Part shown: in pieces, positions 17,201 to 25,739 of the stretch
Layout of the letters: every line of letters begins with the position of its first letter
Numbering within the stretch: the stretch's first letter is position 1
Assembly (NCBI GenBank): GCA_027067035.1
Contig: JAMOMO010000276.1
Location: forward strand, 1 to 34,968
DNA: 34,968 nucleotides
Reading direction: 5' to 3'
Source: Desulfobulbaceae bacterium
GTDB taxonomy: Bacteria > Desulfobacterota > Desulfobulbia > Desulfobulbales > Desulfocapsaceae
The notes under the pieces: generated by a model
The model's database searches: none
The model's input: only the letters and a program-made list of their open reading frames with translations
What the model was told of the DNA's origin: nothing
Translations under genes and position numbers: made by a program

Positions 17201-17209
17201 ATTCAGTAG
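14204..17209 (+). CDS. Membrane-anchored protein with two PQQ-type (BamB-like) beta-propellers
   Basis: TM segment near residues 77-99; many YALD..TG.E.W.F and SP.V..G.VYFGS repeats; MFREDFARTG propeller-start motif before the second set. Alternative start 14219. Confidence 0.85.
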   Translation: MVVNTMDELHDDKERQGAGKKNTVMSFLLSALQAAGSFGRTVTLDLFRNVWTDYLKGMSPARFLARVFHGMPGGRDLLGLCVVGLCVAALLYGGLGGFFPYQHSSGNIEIGGLSLGMDIEKAAELIREEYRDAFCDTKGGSEDSCDEIAVTAASGGYRITHILGRITAASDGKVNRIDFPRSVVVVLLKAEDMSPRDFAQTFVNSYEIPEMEVARSGGQYVWYCELSDRTRVEIPQNAVAVNLRKTAPPAGSKSAQKARTTTKKYKGELVTAFKDETNNAVFTDPGFDPALNEIVMELNLQEIVEMRGQMGKALIVVDNVLYVGGSRGVYAVDIQKKKQKWFFETGGNVFGSPVVLNKMVYFGSDDKNFYAIDRKSGKEKWRFTAQDKIRETALVSGKILVFYDEKGRIYALKSKNGKELWNFDAGHYIDEKLCLSDGKIYFYVPKEQLYCLNLKDGQLVYKVQVDGARRQNGAIVAENGVLYLLAGNLYSINQETGKEIWRYAGGGGSTAVIKGDVLYLAGSRKLAAININTSQEIWTNDLWKGGAGIKPVIVNDSIVTGSGEKGIFTLDLATGQIEGHFKPIDARTATAVYPYNGVLYFSDRGNYVYGLSHTDISPDVAVQESSEGTMFREDFARTGSSKEKGPRALNKLIWKYKTEGRIESTPVVSEGVVYFGSDDKMFYALDTSTGEERWTFETGGQITASPAVAGDLVIFGSYDHYLYGLDRKTGEERWRYYCLGRIVAAPLVEDGTVYWQDELGNMYSLDSSYRSGKSIIKDGTENWVARKGSYAGGTSTHLTLSGDKLFAVKHVRTSGHEFFAHSKVDGSILFQSEGLSRDNRWMISSHSDYNSPVVVGNSVVVGSYSNYLISADLNTFAKKKIRHDGLVSYGDKTISFAHNSLFVSASGRNGNSDGVYRLSPDMKKVRGRYLIGKWGYVSGAPTITDSAVYFGDSKGNVYAYDLNSEELLWKFATQKTVTTSPVVKDGVCFITSTDGFIYAIQ

Positions 17210-17227
17210 TATGACCTGAATCCGTGA
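17195..17227. repeat. Degenerate copy of the 17366-17397 palindrome overlapping the propeller gene stop
   Basis: ATTCAG (17201-17206) pairs with CTGAAT; CTGAATCCGTGA (17216-17227) is identical to 17386-17397. Confidence 0.6.
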
Positions 17228-17365
17228 AGAAGATGCGGCAACAGGTGTAACAGTGTACTGACTGTCTGGGATTATCTGTAAATGCCAGCCTTATTGTCCG
17301 TTACTCTGTGCCAGGGTTTCGCGCTGAAGGTGTCTGCCGGTAATGCATCCATCTCAATCGAATAC

Positions 17366-17397
17366 TCACGGATTCAGTCATGAGACTGAATCCGTGA
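17366..17397. repeat. Perfect 14-bp inverted repeat between convergent operons (REP-like element or bidirectional terminator)
   Basis: TCACGGATTCAGTC-ATGA-GACTGAATCCGTGA; no U-tract on either side. Confidence 0.8.
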
Positions 17398-17480
17398 TGA
17401 CCTGGCGTCTGTCTCCTCTCGGTCCTGTGTGGCGCTTCTCTCCAATACTGTTTTATCGTGAAAAGCAGCGTGCCGGATTC

Positions 17481-18608
17481 TTAATATTTCCCCAGTGTCG
17501 ACCAGAGCACACCAGCGGCAATGGCAGAGCCGATGACCCCGGCCACATTGGGGGCCATGGCGTGCATGAGCAGAAAGTTGCCGGGGTCTTCCTTGAGTCC
17601 AACGGCATGAACCACCCGGGCCGAGTCGGGTACTGCAGAGACGCCTGCAGCTCCCAGCAGGGGGTTGATTTTTTCTTTGAGAAAGAGATTCATCAACTTG
17701 GCAAAGAGGACACCGCCCATGGTTGCCACCACAAAGGAGCCGGCACCCAGCGCAAAGATCAGGATGGATTGACTGGTGAGAAAGGTCTGGGCCTGGGTTG
17801 ATGCGCCTACGGAAAATCCAAGCAGAATCGTCACAATATCGATGAGTGCGTTCCGTGCGGTATTTGCGAGTCGTTCCGTGACCATGGATTCTTTGAGAAG
17901 GTTCCCGAAGAACAGCATACCGAGCAGGGTCATGGAACCGGGTGCAATGAGAGCGCAGATCAGAAAGGCGACAATGGGAAAGATAATCTTCTCTTTTTTG
18001 GAGACTTCCCGCGGTGGCTTCATATGGATGGTGCGCTCTTTTTTCGTGGTAAAGAGGTACATGATGGGGGGCTGAATAACCGGTACCAGTGCCATGTAGG
18101 AGTACGCTGCAATGGCGATGGGGCCGAGCAGTTCAGGTGCCAGCATGGAGGAGAGGAAGATGGCTGTGGGGCCGTCGGCTCCGCCGATGATGCCTATTGC
18201 TCCAGCCTGTTCAGGGCTGAAGCCAAGGTAGAGTGATCCTATGAATGTGAGAAAAACTCCGATCTGTGCCGCAGCACCGAGCAGGATCAGTTTCGGGTTG
18301 GAGAGCATGGTGGAAAAGTCGGTCATGGCTCCTATGCCGAGAAAGATCAGTGGTGGATATATCCCTTTCATAACACCGAGATAGAGGTAGTAGAATACCG
18401 ATCCTTCAGCATAAACAGACAGTGACATTCCCTCAATGGGCGGGATATTGCCCACAATTATTCCAAAACCGATGGGCACAAGGAGCAGCGGCTCATAATC
18501 TCTGGTGACAGCGAGATAGATAAAAATCACCCCCACTGCAATCATGATCAGGTTGATCCACTCCAGATGGGCAAAACCGGAATTATGGTAAAAGCTCAGT
18601 AAATTCAC
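17481..18608 (-). CDS. mmdB: Na+-translocating decarboxylase beta subunit (OadB/MmdB family)
   Basis: Very hydrophobic; YEPLLLVPIGFG, IIGGADGPTAIF, AAYSYMALVP, GVSAVP, HAMAPNVAG; GTG start overlapping the upstream stop. Confidence 0.93.
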   Translation of the reverse strand: MNLLSFYHNSGFAHLEWINLIMIAVGVIFIYLAVTRDYEPLLLVPIGFGIIVGNIPPIEGMSLSVYAEGSVFYYLYLGVMKGIYPPLIFLGIGAMTDFSTMLSNPKLILLGAAAQIGVFLTFIGSLYLGFSPEQAGAIGIIGGADGPTAIFLSSMLAPELLGPIAIAAYSYMALVPVIQPPIMYLFTTKKERTIHMKPPREVSKKEKIIFPIVAFLICALIAPGSMTLLGMLFFGNLLKESMVTERLANTARNALIDIVTILLGFSVGASTQAQTFLTSQSILIFALGAGSFVVATMGGVLFAKLMNLFLKEKINPLLGAAGVSAVPDSARVVHAVGLKEDPGNFLLMHAMAPNVAGVIGSAIAAGVLWSTLGKY

Positions 18609-19060
18609 ACTTTCTCCTCTGTCAGAACAATCAGAGGCTGACTCTGATTGACCACATCACCTTCGGCCACCAGAATCTCGCTCACCGTTCCATTGGCGGT
18701 TGCTGTTATACTGTTTTCCAGCTTCATGGCTTCAAGAACCAGCAGTTTCTGTCCCGGTCGGACCTGTTCTCCGATGGAGACTGAAATGCTGATGATCTGT
18801 CCGGGAATGGGAGTTATGATGGTACCCGCCTGAGCGGTGGCCGCGTTTGGAGCCGGAGCTGCCTGTGGCGCCGGGGCCTGGCTTGAGGCGGAGACAGCCG
18901 GGCCGGGCTGGGTCTCGGGGATTGAGCTGAGGTTTGCAATGGTGTCAATGTGGACGATATGCTTTTTGCCGTTGACTTCAGCCAGGACTGCGTCATCAGT
19001 AACGTCTTTAATGACAACGGTGTAGCTGTTGTTGTTGATCGTGAGTTTATATTCTTTCAT
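18605..19060 (-). CDS. mmdC: Biotin carboxyl carrier (gamma) subunit
   Basis: EAMKL biotinylation site and Ala/Pro-rich linker. Confidence 0.9.
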   Translation of the reverse strand: MKEYKLTINNNSYTVVIKDVTDDAVLAEVNGKKHIVHIDTIANLSSIPETQPGPAVSASSQAPAPQAAPAPNAATAQAGTIITPIPGQIISISVSIGEQVRPGQKLLVLEAMKLENSITATANGTVSEILVAEGDVVNQSQPLIVLTEEKV

Positions 19061-19434
19061 TATCGGTTCCAGGTGGGGGAGAGTTTCCTGCTTTGCAGGC
19101 TGTGCATACGGCCGGATACCAGCCAGGGAGATTCCATGTCACCATGGCTCTTCCAGGTGATACGCTCATCTCCATCGGGAAAGTTGTTGTGGAGATGGTA
19201 TGCTGTGGCAATGGCCAGGAGGATCTCCTCTTCCTCCAGCCGGTCCGACGGCTCCTGTGAAAGAGCAGACTGCGGTTTTCTGCGTCCGAGTTTCAGCAGT
19301 CTGGGAAGCAGGGTTATGTATATGGCAATGATCACCAGGCCTGCGAAAACAAGCACCATGCCCATGATGGAGAACTGCAGGGCGTCAAGGCCCGGCTGGC
19401 TCAGGTTGTGCAGGCCGATATTTGTGAATTTCAT
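19060..19434 (-). CDS. mmdD: OadG/MmdD-family membrane anchor subunit
   Basis: GMVLVFAGL TM helix, EILLAIATA, C-terminal SPW..SGR; lies between the carboxyltransferase and biotin carrier genes. Confidence 0.8.
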   Translation of the reverse strand: MKFTNIGLHNLSQPGLDALQFSIMGMVLVFAGLVIIAIYITLLPRLLKLGRRKPQSALSQEPSDRLEEEEILLAIATAYHLHNNFPDGDERITWKSHGDMESPWLVSGRMHSLQSRKLSPTWNR

Positions 19435-19521
19435 ATTGTGCTTACGGGTTCTGTATGCGTTGATGAATGGCGGGCTGAACGATGACGCTCCACCTCTTTG
19501 TCCTGTTGCCGGCTTTTCCTG

Positions 19522-21066
19522 TTACAAAGGGATATTGCCATGCTTTTTCATCGGGTTGCTGTCTCTTTTATTCTGCAGCATGCCAAGGGCCTTGATGATG
19601 CGAAAGCGGGTACGGGCAGGTTCTATGATATCATCAACATAGCCCCGTCGCGCCGCCACATAGGGGTTGGCCACAGCATCCTGATACTCCAGCTCTTTTG
19701 CCGCAAGGTAGGCCTGCGGGTCATCGGTTTTGGCAGCCTCTCTGCCGTAGAGTACTCCCACCGCCCCTTTGGCACCCATCACCGCAATCTCTGCACAGGG
19801 CCAGGCGTAGTTGATATCTCCACGAAGGTGTTTTGAGGACATTACACAGTAGGCACCGCCATAGGCTTTACGGGTGATCACTGTAATTTTCGGAACAGTG
19901 GCCTCGGCGTAGGCGTAGAGAATTTTTGCGCCGTTTCTGATGGCGCCGCCATACTCCTGGGCGGTACCGGGCAGAAATCCGGGGACATCGACAAAGGTGA
20001 CCACCGGAATGTTGAAACAGTCGCAGAAGCGTACAAAACGTGCGCCTTTCACCGAAGAATCAATGTCAAGCACGCCGGAGAGGTGGGCCGGCTGATTGGC
20101 CACAATGCCCACCACCCTGCCGCTGTAGCGGGCAAAGCCGATGATGAGGTTTGCTGCAAAATCTTTTTTCACTTCAAAGAAGTCACGGTTGTCAATGGAT
20201 GCCAGAATGACCTCTTTCATGTCATAGGCCACATTGGCACTGTCGGGAATGATGGAGTTGAGTTCCTCTGCACGCCGTTCCGAAGGATCCTGGGTTGGAA
20301 TGGTGGGCGGTGTTTCCAAATTGTTCTGGGGCAGGTAGGAGAGGAGTTTCTTTACATACTCGACGCAGTCCATGCCCGAGGTTGCGGCATAGTCAGAGAC
20401 ACCGCTGCGGGAGGAGTGCATGTCGGCACCGCCGAGTTCCTCCACCGAGACATCTTCATGGGTCACTGATTTCACCACCTTGGGGCCGGTGAGAAACATG
20501 TAGGAGTTGTTTTTGACCATGGCCACAAAGTCGGTGAGGGCGGGAGAATAAACAGCGCCCCCGGCACACGGGCCGAATATCGCAGATATCTGAGGTATAA
20601 CACCCGAGGCCATGACGTTGCGGAGGAAGATGTCTGAATATCCGGCCAGGCTCTCAATGCCCTCCTGGATCCGGGCACCGCCCGAGTCATTGAGTCCAAT
20701 GATGGGAGCCCCGTTTTTCACGGCAAGGTCCATGATCTTGCAGATCTTTTCGGCGAATGTTTCTGAAAGGGAGCCGCCAAGCACGGTGGCGTCCTGGGCA
20801 TAGACGTAGACGAGTCTGCCGTCCACCGTTCCATATCCCGTGACCACTCCGTCTCCCGGAAACACTTTCTTTTCCATGCCGAAATCGTGACAGCGGTGGG
20901 TCTTGAACATGTCAAACTCCTCAAAGGAGCCAGGGTCAAGGAGGAGGTCGATGCGCTCACGGGCTGTCATTCTGCCTTTGGCATGGAGTTTGTCAATTCT
21001 GTCCTGGCCGCCGCCGAGGCGTGCCTCTGCCCGGAGTTGCAGCAGTTTGTCAAGGTGATCGGTCAT
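19522..21066 (-). CDS. mmdA: Methylmalonyl-CoA decarboxylase alpha / acyl-CoA carboxyltransferase subunit
   Basis: [41 protein letters not shown], terminal KKHGNIPL. Confidence 0.93.
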   Translation of the reverse strand: MTDHLDKLLQLRAEARLGGGQDRIDKLHAKGRMTARERIDLLLDPGSFEEFDMFKTHRCHDFGMEKKVFPGDGVVTGYGTVDGRLVYVYAQDATVLGGSLSETFAEKICKIMDLAVKNGAPIIGLNDSGGARIQEGIESLAGYSDIFLRNVMASGVIPQISAIFGPCAGGAVYSPALTDFVAMVKNNSYMFLTGPKVVKSVTHEDVSVEELGGADMHSSRSGVSDYAATSGMDCVEYVKKLLSYLPQNNLETPPTIPTQDPSERRAEELNSIIPDSANVAYDMKEVILASIDNRDFFEVKKDFAANLIIGFARYSGRVVGIVANQPAHLSGVLDIDSSVKGARFVRFCDCFNIPVVTFVDVPGFLPGTAQEYGGAIRNGAKILYAYAEATVPKITVITRKAYGGAYCVMSSKHLRGDINYAWPCAEIAVMGAKGAVGVLYGREAAKTDDPQAYLAAKELEYQDAVANPYVAARRGYVDDIIEPARTRFRIIKALGMLQNKRDSNPMKKHGNIPL

Positions 21067-21470
21067 GTCTGTTCCTCACTGCAGAATTCGGTGAGCAGCC
21101 CGTGGCTGGACCTGGGGTGGAGGAAGGCCACCTGCTTATTTCCTGCACCTGTGAAAGGGATTTCGTGGATCAGTCTGCAGCCCTTTTCCTTTGCCTGCTC
21201 CAGCTGTTTACTCACGTCATCACAGCGGTAGGCTACATGGTGCAGTCCTTCACCGCGGCTCTCCAGAAATTTTGCTATGGGGCTGTCGTCGCTGGTGGGT
21301 TCGAGCAGCTCAATATGGGTTTCGCCAAGGAGAAAAAAGGCGGTTTTGACCTTCTGTGAGCTGATCTCTTCTTCTTTTTCGCAGACCAGGCCGAGAATAT
21401 CCTCATAGAATGTTCTGGCTTCGGTGATGGAATGGACTGCAATTCCCAGGTGATCTATTTTTTTCAGCAT
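21063..21470 (-). CDS. mce: Methylmalonyl-CoA epimerase
   Basis: VOC fold: [31 protein letters not shown]. Confidence 0.95.
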   Translation of the reverse strand: MLKKIDHLGIAVHSITEARTFYEDILGLVCEKEEEISSQKVKTAFFLLGETHIELLEPTSDDSPIAKFLESRGEGLHHVAYRCDDVSKQLEQAKEKGCRLIHEIPFTGAGNKQVAFLHPRSSHGLLTEFCSEEQT

Positions 21471-21496
21471 ATTGTTGTGTTGTTTTTCCTTTTAAT

Positions 21497-23140
21497 CTAA
21501 TCGCGATACTCTCCGAAGATTTCACGGAGAACTGTACAGATTTCACCAAGACTGGCATAGACGCGAACCGCCGCAATGATCGGTTCCATAAGGTTGCCGC
21601 CGGATTCTGCGGCCTCTTTCAGAGTGGAGAGTGTGGCGTGAACCGCTTTGTCATCACGCGAATTGCGGATATTGCGGAGTGCTGCTGTCTGGGCTGCTTC
21701 AACGGCCGGGTCCACCCGGAGCAGTTCCGGTTTTTCCTCTTCATCAATCTGGAACCTGTTGACGCCCACAATGACCCGTTCGCCTGATTCGATCTCTTTC
21801 TGGTAGTCGTATGCCGCCTGCTCGATCTGGCGCTGGATGAAACCGTCTTCAATGCAGGCCACCACCCCGCCTTTCTGCTCAATCTTGGAGATGAGCTCTT
21901 CCGCGGCAAGCTCTATGGAATCTGTAAGCTGCTCGATATAATACGATCCGGCAAAAGGATCAACCGTATCGGCCACCCCTGATTCATGGGCAATGATCTG
22001 CTGGGTGCGCAGGGCTGTGCGTACGGAGTCTTCTGTCGGGAGTGACAGGGCCTCATCACGGGAGTTGGTGTGCAGGCTCTGGGTGCCGCCGAATACGGCA
22101 GCAAGTGCCTGGATGGTGACCCGGACGATATTGTTGTCAATCTGCTGTGCTGCAAGGGAGCTTCCTGCCGTCTGGGTGTGAAAACGCATCATCATGGACG
22201 CGGGTTTTTTTGCACCAAAGCGGTTTTTCATGAGCCGGGCCCAGAGTCTGCGGGCTGCCCTGAATTTGGCCACCTCTTCCAGAAGGTTTGAGGAGGCATT
22301 GAAGAAAAAGGCCAGCCGTCTGGCAAAGTGGTCAAGTTCCAGGCCTGCATCGAGAGCGGTCTGGACATAGGTGATGCCGTTTGCCAGGGTAAAGGCCACT
22401 TCCTGGGCCGCGGTGGAACCGGCTTCCCGGATATGGTAACCGGAGATGGAGATGGTGTTGAAGAGTGGCATGTTGCTGGAGCACCACTGGAAAATGTCGG
22501 TGATAAGCCCGAGGGATGGTCTGGGGGGAAAGATATAGGTGCCCCTGGCCACATATTCCTTCAACACGTCATTCTGGATGGTGCCCCGGAGCTTATCTGC
22601 TGCAATACCCTGTTTTTCAGCGACCACAATGTACATGGCAAGCAGTACTATTGCCGGCGAGTTGATGGTCATTGAGGTGGAGATCTTGTCCAGCGGGATG
22701 TCCTTAAAGAGCATCTCCATGTCGGCAAGTGTGTCAATGGCCACTCCGACTTTGCCGACTTCACCCATGGCCATGGCATCGTCAGAGTCATAACCGATCT
22801 GAGTGGGCAGGTCAAAGGCCACGGAAAGCCCGGTGGTTCCCTGTTCCAGCAGGTATCGGTAGCGTTTGTTGGACTCGGCGGCCGAGGAAAATCCGGCATA
22901 CTGGCGCATGGTCCAGAACCGGCCCCGATACATGGTGGGCTGGACGCCGCGGGTATAGGGGTACCGGCCCGGAAAACCGAGCTTCTCAAAATAGCTGTCA
23001 TCCATGTTCTCCGGGAGGGCGAGACGGGGAATCTCTGCCCCGCCGTGGAGGGAGAACTCCTCCTTCCTCTCGGGAAAACGGTTCAGGCTTGCGGCCAGTT
23101 CGTTTTCCTGCCAGTCGCTGTATCTGTTTTTTCTGCTCAC
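21497..23140 (-). CDS. Methylmalonyl-CoA mutase, substrate-binding large subunit
   Basis: [17 protein letters not shown] (Tyr) and [11 protein letters not shown] (Arg) match methylmalonyl- rather than isobutyryl-CoA mutase determinants; GGTQSLHTN; no B12 domain; GTG start. Confidence 0.93.
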   Translation of the reverse strand: MSRKNRYSDWQENELAASLNRFPERKEEFSLHGGAEIPRLALPENMDDSYFEKLGFPGRYPYTRGVQPTMYRGRFWTMRQYAGFSSAAESNKRYRYLLEQGTTGLSVAFDLPTQIGYDSDDAMAMGEVGKVGVAIDTLADMEMLFKDIPLDKISTSMTINSPAIVLLAMYIVVAEKQGIAADKLRGTIQNDVLKEYVARGTYIFPPRPSLGLITDIFQWCSSNMPLFNTISISGYHIREAGSTAAQEVAFTLANGITYVQTALDAGLELDHFARRLAFFFNASSNLLEEVAKFRAARRLWARLMKNRFGAKKPASMMMRFHTQTAGSSLAAQQIDNNIVRVTIQALAAVFGGTQSLHTNSRDEALSLPTEDSVRTALRTQQIIAHESGVADTVDPFAGSYYIEQLTDSIELAAEELISKIEQKGGVVACIEDGFIQRQIEQAAYDYQKEIESGERVIVGVNRFQIDEEEKPELLRVDPAVEAAQTAALRNIRNSRDDKAVHATLSTLKEAAESGGNLMEPIIAAVRVYASLGEICTVLREIFGEYRD

Positions 23141-23143
23141 GTG

Positions 23144-24091
23144 TTATTCCTGAGTGTCTGTTGAGTGAAGTCGAAGAGTTGTCCTGATCAGCTCTTTTGC
23201 CCGTATCCTCGGGTCATTTTCCATGGATGTTTTCTCCATGGCCTGAAGGAATCGGGGGCGCAGCATCTCCAGTATCCAGTCAAGGGTTTCAGCGTTGAGT
23301 GCCCTGCTGCGGCGCTGCTCCTTCAGGCCACTGTCCAGAAGGTAGCCGTTGAAGCGGTCAACACGTTCCAGCAGCTCTCTGATACCTCTGTTTTCGGAGG
23401 CCACGGTCTCAAGGACTCTGGCAATACCGCTCTCCTCCTCCTTGGCGGAAAATGTCTGCTCCATGTCCATTATCAGGCCACTGGCACCGGGCTGGTCGGA
23501 CTTGTTTACCACCAGAAAGTCGGCCACTTCAAGAAGGCCGGCCTTCATGGCCTGGATGTCATCACCAAAACCGGGGGCCAGAACCATGATGGTGATGTCG
23601 GCCAGCTGGACAATGTCCATTTCCGACTGGCCGACTCCGACGGTCTCAATGAGTATCAGCTCGCATTCCGCGGCGGCCATAATGCGCACTGTGGCACCTG
23701 CCGAGGCGCAGAGGCCGCCGAGACGTCCCCTGGTGGCCATGGATCTGACAACCACGTCAGGATCAAGAGCATGGTCCATCATGCGGATCCGGTCACCCAG
23801 GATGGCACCGCCACTGATGGGGGATGAGGGGTCAACGGCAATGATTCCCACACGTTTTCCGGCGCTGCGCAGGTTTTTGACAATTCCCGAACTTAAGGTG
23901 GATTTACCGGCACCTGGTGGTCCGGTGATTCCCAGCACGACGACTTTCTGAAGTATATCACGGTCAAGGCCTGCCAGAATCGCTGCTGCTCCCTCCCCGT
24001 TGTTCTCCACAACGGAGATGGCTCTGCCGATTGCCCGTGGATCATGGCTTTTCAGCCCGGAAAGCAGCTGTTCACTTGTTGGAACTGTCAT
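23144..24091 (-). CDS. meaB: Mutase-associated GTPase chaperone MeaB/ArgK
   Basis: GPPGAGKST, DPSSP.SGGAILGDRIRM, ETVGVGQSE, NKSD; alternative GTG start 24097. Confidence 0.95.
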   Translation of the reverse strand: MTVPTSEQLLSGLKSHDPRAIGRAISVVENNGEGAAAILAGLDRDILQKVVVLGITGPPGAGKSTLSSGIVKNLRSAGKRVGIIAVDPSSPISGGAILGDRIRMMDHALDPDVVVRSMATRGRLGGLCASAGATVRIMAAAECELILIETVGVGQSEMDIVQLADITIMVLAPGFGDDIQAMKAGLLEVADFLVVNKSDQPGASGLIMDMEQTFSAKEEESGIARVLETVASENRGIRELLERVDRFNGYLLDSGLKEQRRSRALNAETLDWILEMLRPRFLQAMEKTSMENDPRIRAKELIRTTLRLHSTDTQE

Positions 24092-24503
24092 GGTCACGAT
24101 GCCGCTGGCTCGCCTCTATAAAGGAGCTGATAATGGTGTCAGCAGGAGTGCCGGGGGTGAAGATGCCGGTGAGGCCGTTTTCCAGAAGGGTGGCGATATC
24201 TTCATCGGGGATTACACCGCCGCCAAGGACCGGAATATCGGCCCCGCCTCTGGCCTCAAGCTCACTGACCACTTCCGGAAAGAGCCGCAGGTGGGCACCG
24301 GAGAGTGATGAGAGTCCAACCACATCCACATCCTCCTGAATGGCGGTGGCCGCAATCTCTGCAGCGGTTCTGCGGATACCGGTGTAGATCACCTCAAAGC
24401 CCTGATCACGCAGGGCGCGGGCAATGAATTTGGCGCCCCGGTCATGGCCGTCGAGTCCGGGTTTTCCAATGAGTACGCGGTAGGGTGTCTGTTCTGTTGT
24501 CAT
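24072..24503 (-). CDS. Methylmalonyl-CoA mutase cobalamin-binding small subunit
   Basis: KPGLDGHDRGA (DxHxxG), GLSSLSG, GGGVIP, FTPGT; ATG 24503 overlaps the csaA stop (ATGA). Confidence 0.93.
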   Translation of the reverse strand: MTTEQTPYRVLIGKPGLDGHDRGAKFIARALRDQGFEVIYTGIRRTAAEIAATAIQEDVDVVGLSSLSGAHLRLFPEVVSELEARGGADIPVLGGGVIPDEDIATLLENGLTGIFTPGTPADTIISSFIEASQRHRDHDSSNK

Positions 24504-24838
24504 GAGAGTGTTAAACCGTTGTCTGTTTCCCTGTCCGGGACTGCCAGTACCACCGAGCCGTCCTGCTGTACAAAGCCGGTGACCAGGCACTCCGAAAGGA
24601 ATGGTCCGATCTGTTTGGGAGGAAAATTAAGCACTGCAATGATCTGTTTCCCGAGCAGCTCTTCTTTTGTATAGAGGTCCGTGATCTGGGCACTTGATTT
24701 TTTGCAGCCGATCGCGGTCCCGAAATCGATGAGCAGCTTCCAGGCGGCTTTACGGGCCTCAGGAAATTCAGAGACTTCAATTATGGTACCGCAGCGCAGC
24801 TCAACCTGTGTAAAATCGTTCCAGCTGATCTCTTTCAT
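24500..24838 (-). CDS. csaA: CsaA-family OB-fold tRNA-binding protein / export chaperone
   Basis: FPEARK.A.KL.IDFG..IG.KKSSAQIT..Y, NFPPKQIGPF.SECLVTG; 112 aa from ATG 24838. Confidence 0.88.
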   Translation of the reverse strand: MKEISWNDFTQVELRCGTIIEVSEFPEARKAAWKLLIDFGTAIGCKKSSAQITDLYTKEELLGKQIIAVLNFPPKQIGPFLSECLVTGFVQQDGSVVLAVPDRETDNGLTLS

Positions 24839-24845
24839 CTTCTTC

Positions 24846-25727
24846 TCAGGTAGCTTTTGTGAAAACTTCCCGGCAGAGTCTGCCAAGGCTGCCAAGGCTC
24901 TCACAGACGTGGATACCGTTTTCCCTCATGGCTTTGAGCTTGGCCGCCGCTGTTCCTTTGCCGCCACTGACAATGGCACCGGCGTGGCCCATGCGGCGTC
25001 CGGGAGGGGCGGTGAGGCCTGCAATAAAGCCCACCACCGGTTTGCTCATGTTGGCCTTGATCCAGGCGGATGCCTCTTCTTCGGCACTGCCGCCGATTTC
25101 ACCAACCATGACCACGGCCTCTGTCTCCGGGTCGTCCTGAAAGGCGCGGAGGCAGTCAATGAAATCTGTACCATTTATCGGGTCGCCTCCAATGCCCAGG
25201 CAGGTGGTCTGGCCGAGTCCCTGCCCGGTGAGCTGGTGCACCACTTCGTAGGTGAGGGTCCCGGATCGTGATACCACGCCCACAGGGCCACCCGGAGTAT
25301 GGATCGGTCCCGGCATGATACCTATCTTGCATTCACCAGGGGTGATTATACCGGGACAGTTCGGACCGATGAGCCGGGTGCGGCTGCCCTTCATGGCATT
25401 TTTGACCCGCAGCATGTCCAGCACCGGAATTCCCTCGGTGATACAGACCACAAGATCGAGCCCCGCATCCACTGCCTCAAGGATGGCCTCAGCTGCAAAG
25501 GGTGGTGGCACAACAATCATCGAGGCATTGGCGCCGGTCTCTCTGCATGCTGCAGCCACACTGTTGAAGACCGGAATACCGTTCACACTCTGGCCGCCCT
25601 TTCCGGGTGTGACTCCGGCCACGATAGTGGTGCCGTAGTTCCGGCACTGTTCTGTGTGGAACAGTCCCTCTTTTCCGGTGATTCCCTGGACCAGAACCCT
25701 GGTCTCTCTGTTTACAAAAATGGCCAT
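24846..25727 (-). CDS. sucD: Succinate--CoA ligase alpha subunit
   Basis: [37 protein letters not shown] (phospho-His). Confidence 0.97.
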   Translation of the reverse strand: MAIFVNRETRVLVQGITGKEGLFHTEQCRNYGTTIVAGVTPGKGGQSVNGIPVFNSVAAACRETGANASMIVVPPPFAAEAILEAVDAGLDLVVCITEGIPVLDMLRVKNAMKGSRTRLIGPNCPGIITPGECKIGIMPGPIHTPGGPVGVVSRSGTLTYEVVHQLTGQGLGQTTCLGIGGDPINGTDFIDCLRAFQDDPETEAVVMVGEIGGSAEEEASAWIKANMSKPVVGFIAGLTAPPGRRMGHAGAIVSGGKGTAAAKLKAMRENGIHVCESLGSLGRLCREVFTKAT

Positions 25728-25739
25728 TGTCTATTCCTT

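Noticed and set aside
14204-17209. Propeller protein considered as a PQQ-dependent dehydrogenase
   Set aside because: Only generic Trp-docking repeats; no quinoprotein active-site features recognised and no pqq genes in the window.
17195-17397. Repeats considered as a mini-CRISPR array or IS ends
   Set aside because: Only two dissimilar units about 170 bp apart; no regular spacers, cas genes, transposase or target-site duplication.
19435-19524. mmdA and mmdD are in the same frame, separated by one TAA and 29 open codons (possible readthrough fusion)
   Set aside because: MmdA ends in the canonical [11 protein letters not shown] is a poor readthrough codon, and an open in-frame spacer this short is plausible by chance.
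21497-23140. Mutase considered as isobutyryl-CoA or another variant acyl-CoA mutase
   Set aside because: It has the Tyr (RQYAGF) and Arg (KEYVAR) determinants of methylmalonyl-CoA mutase and sits with mce and sucCD.
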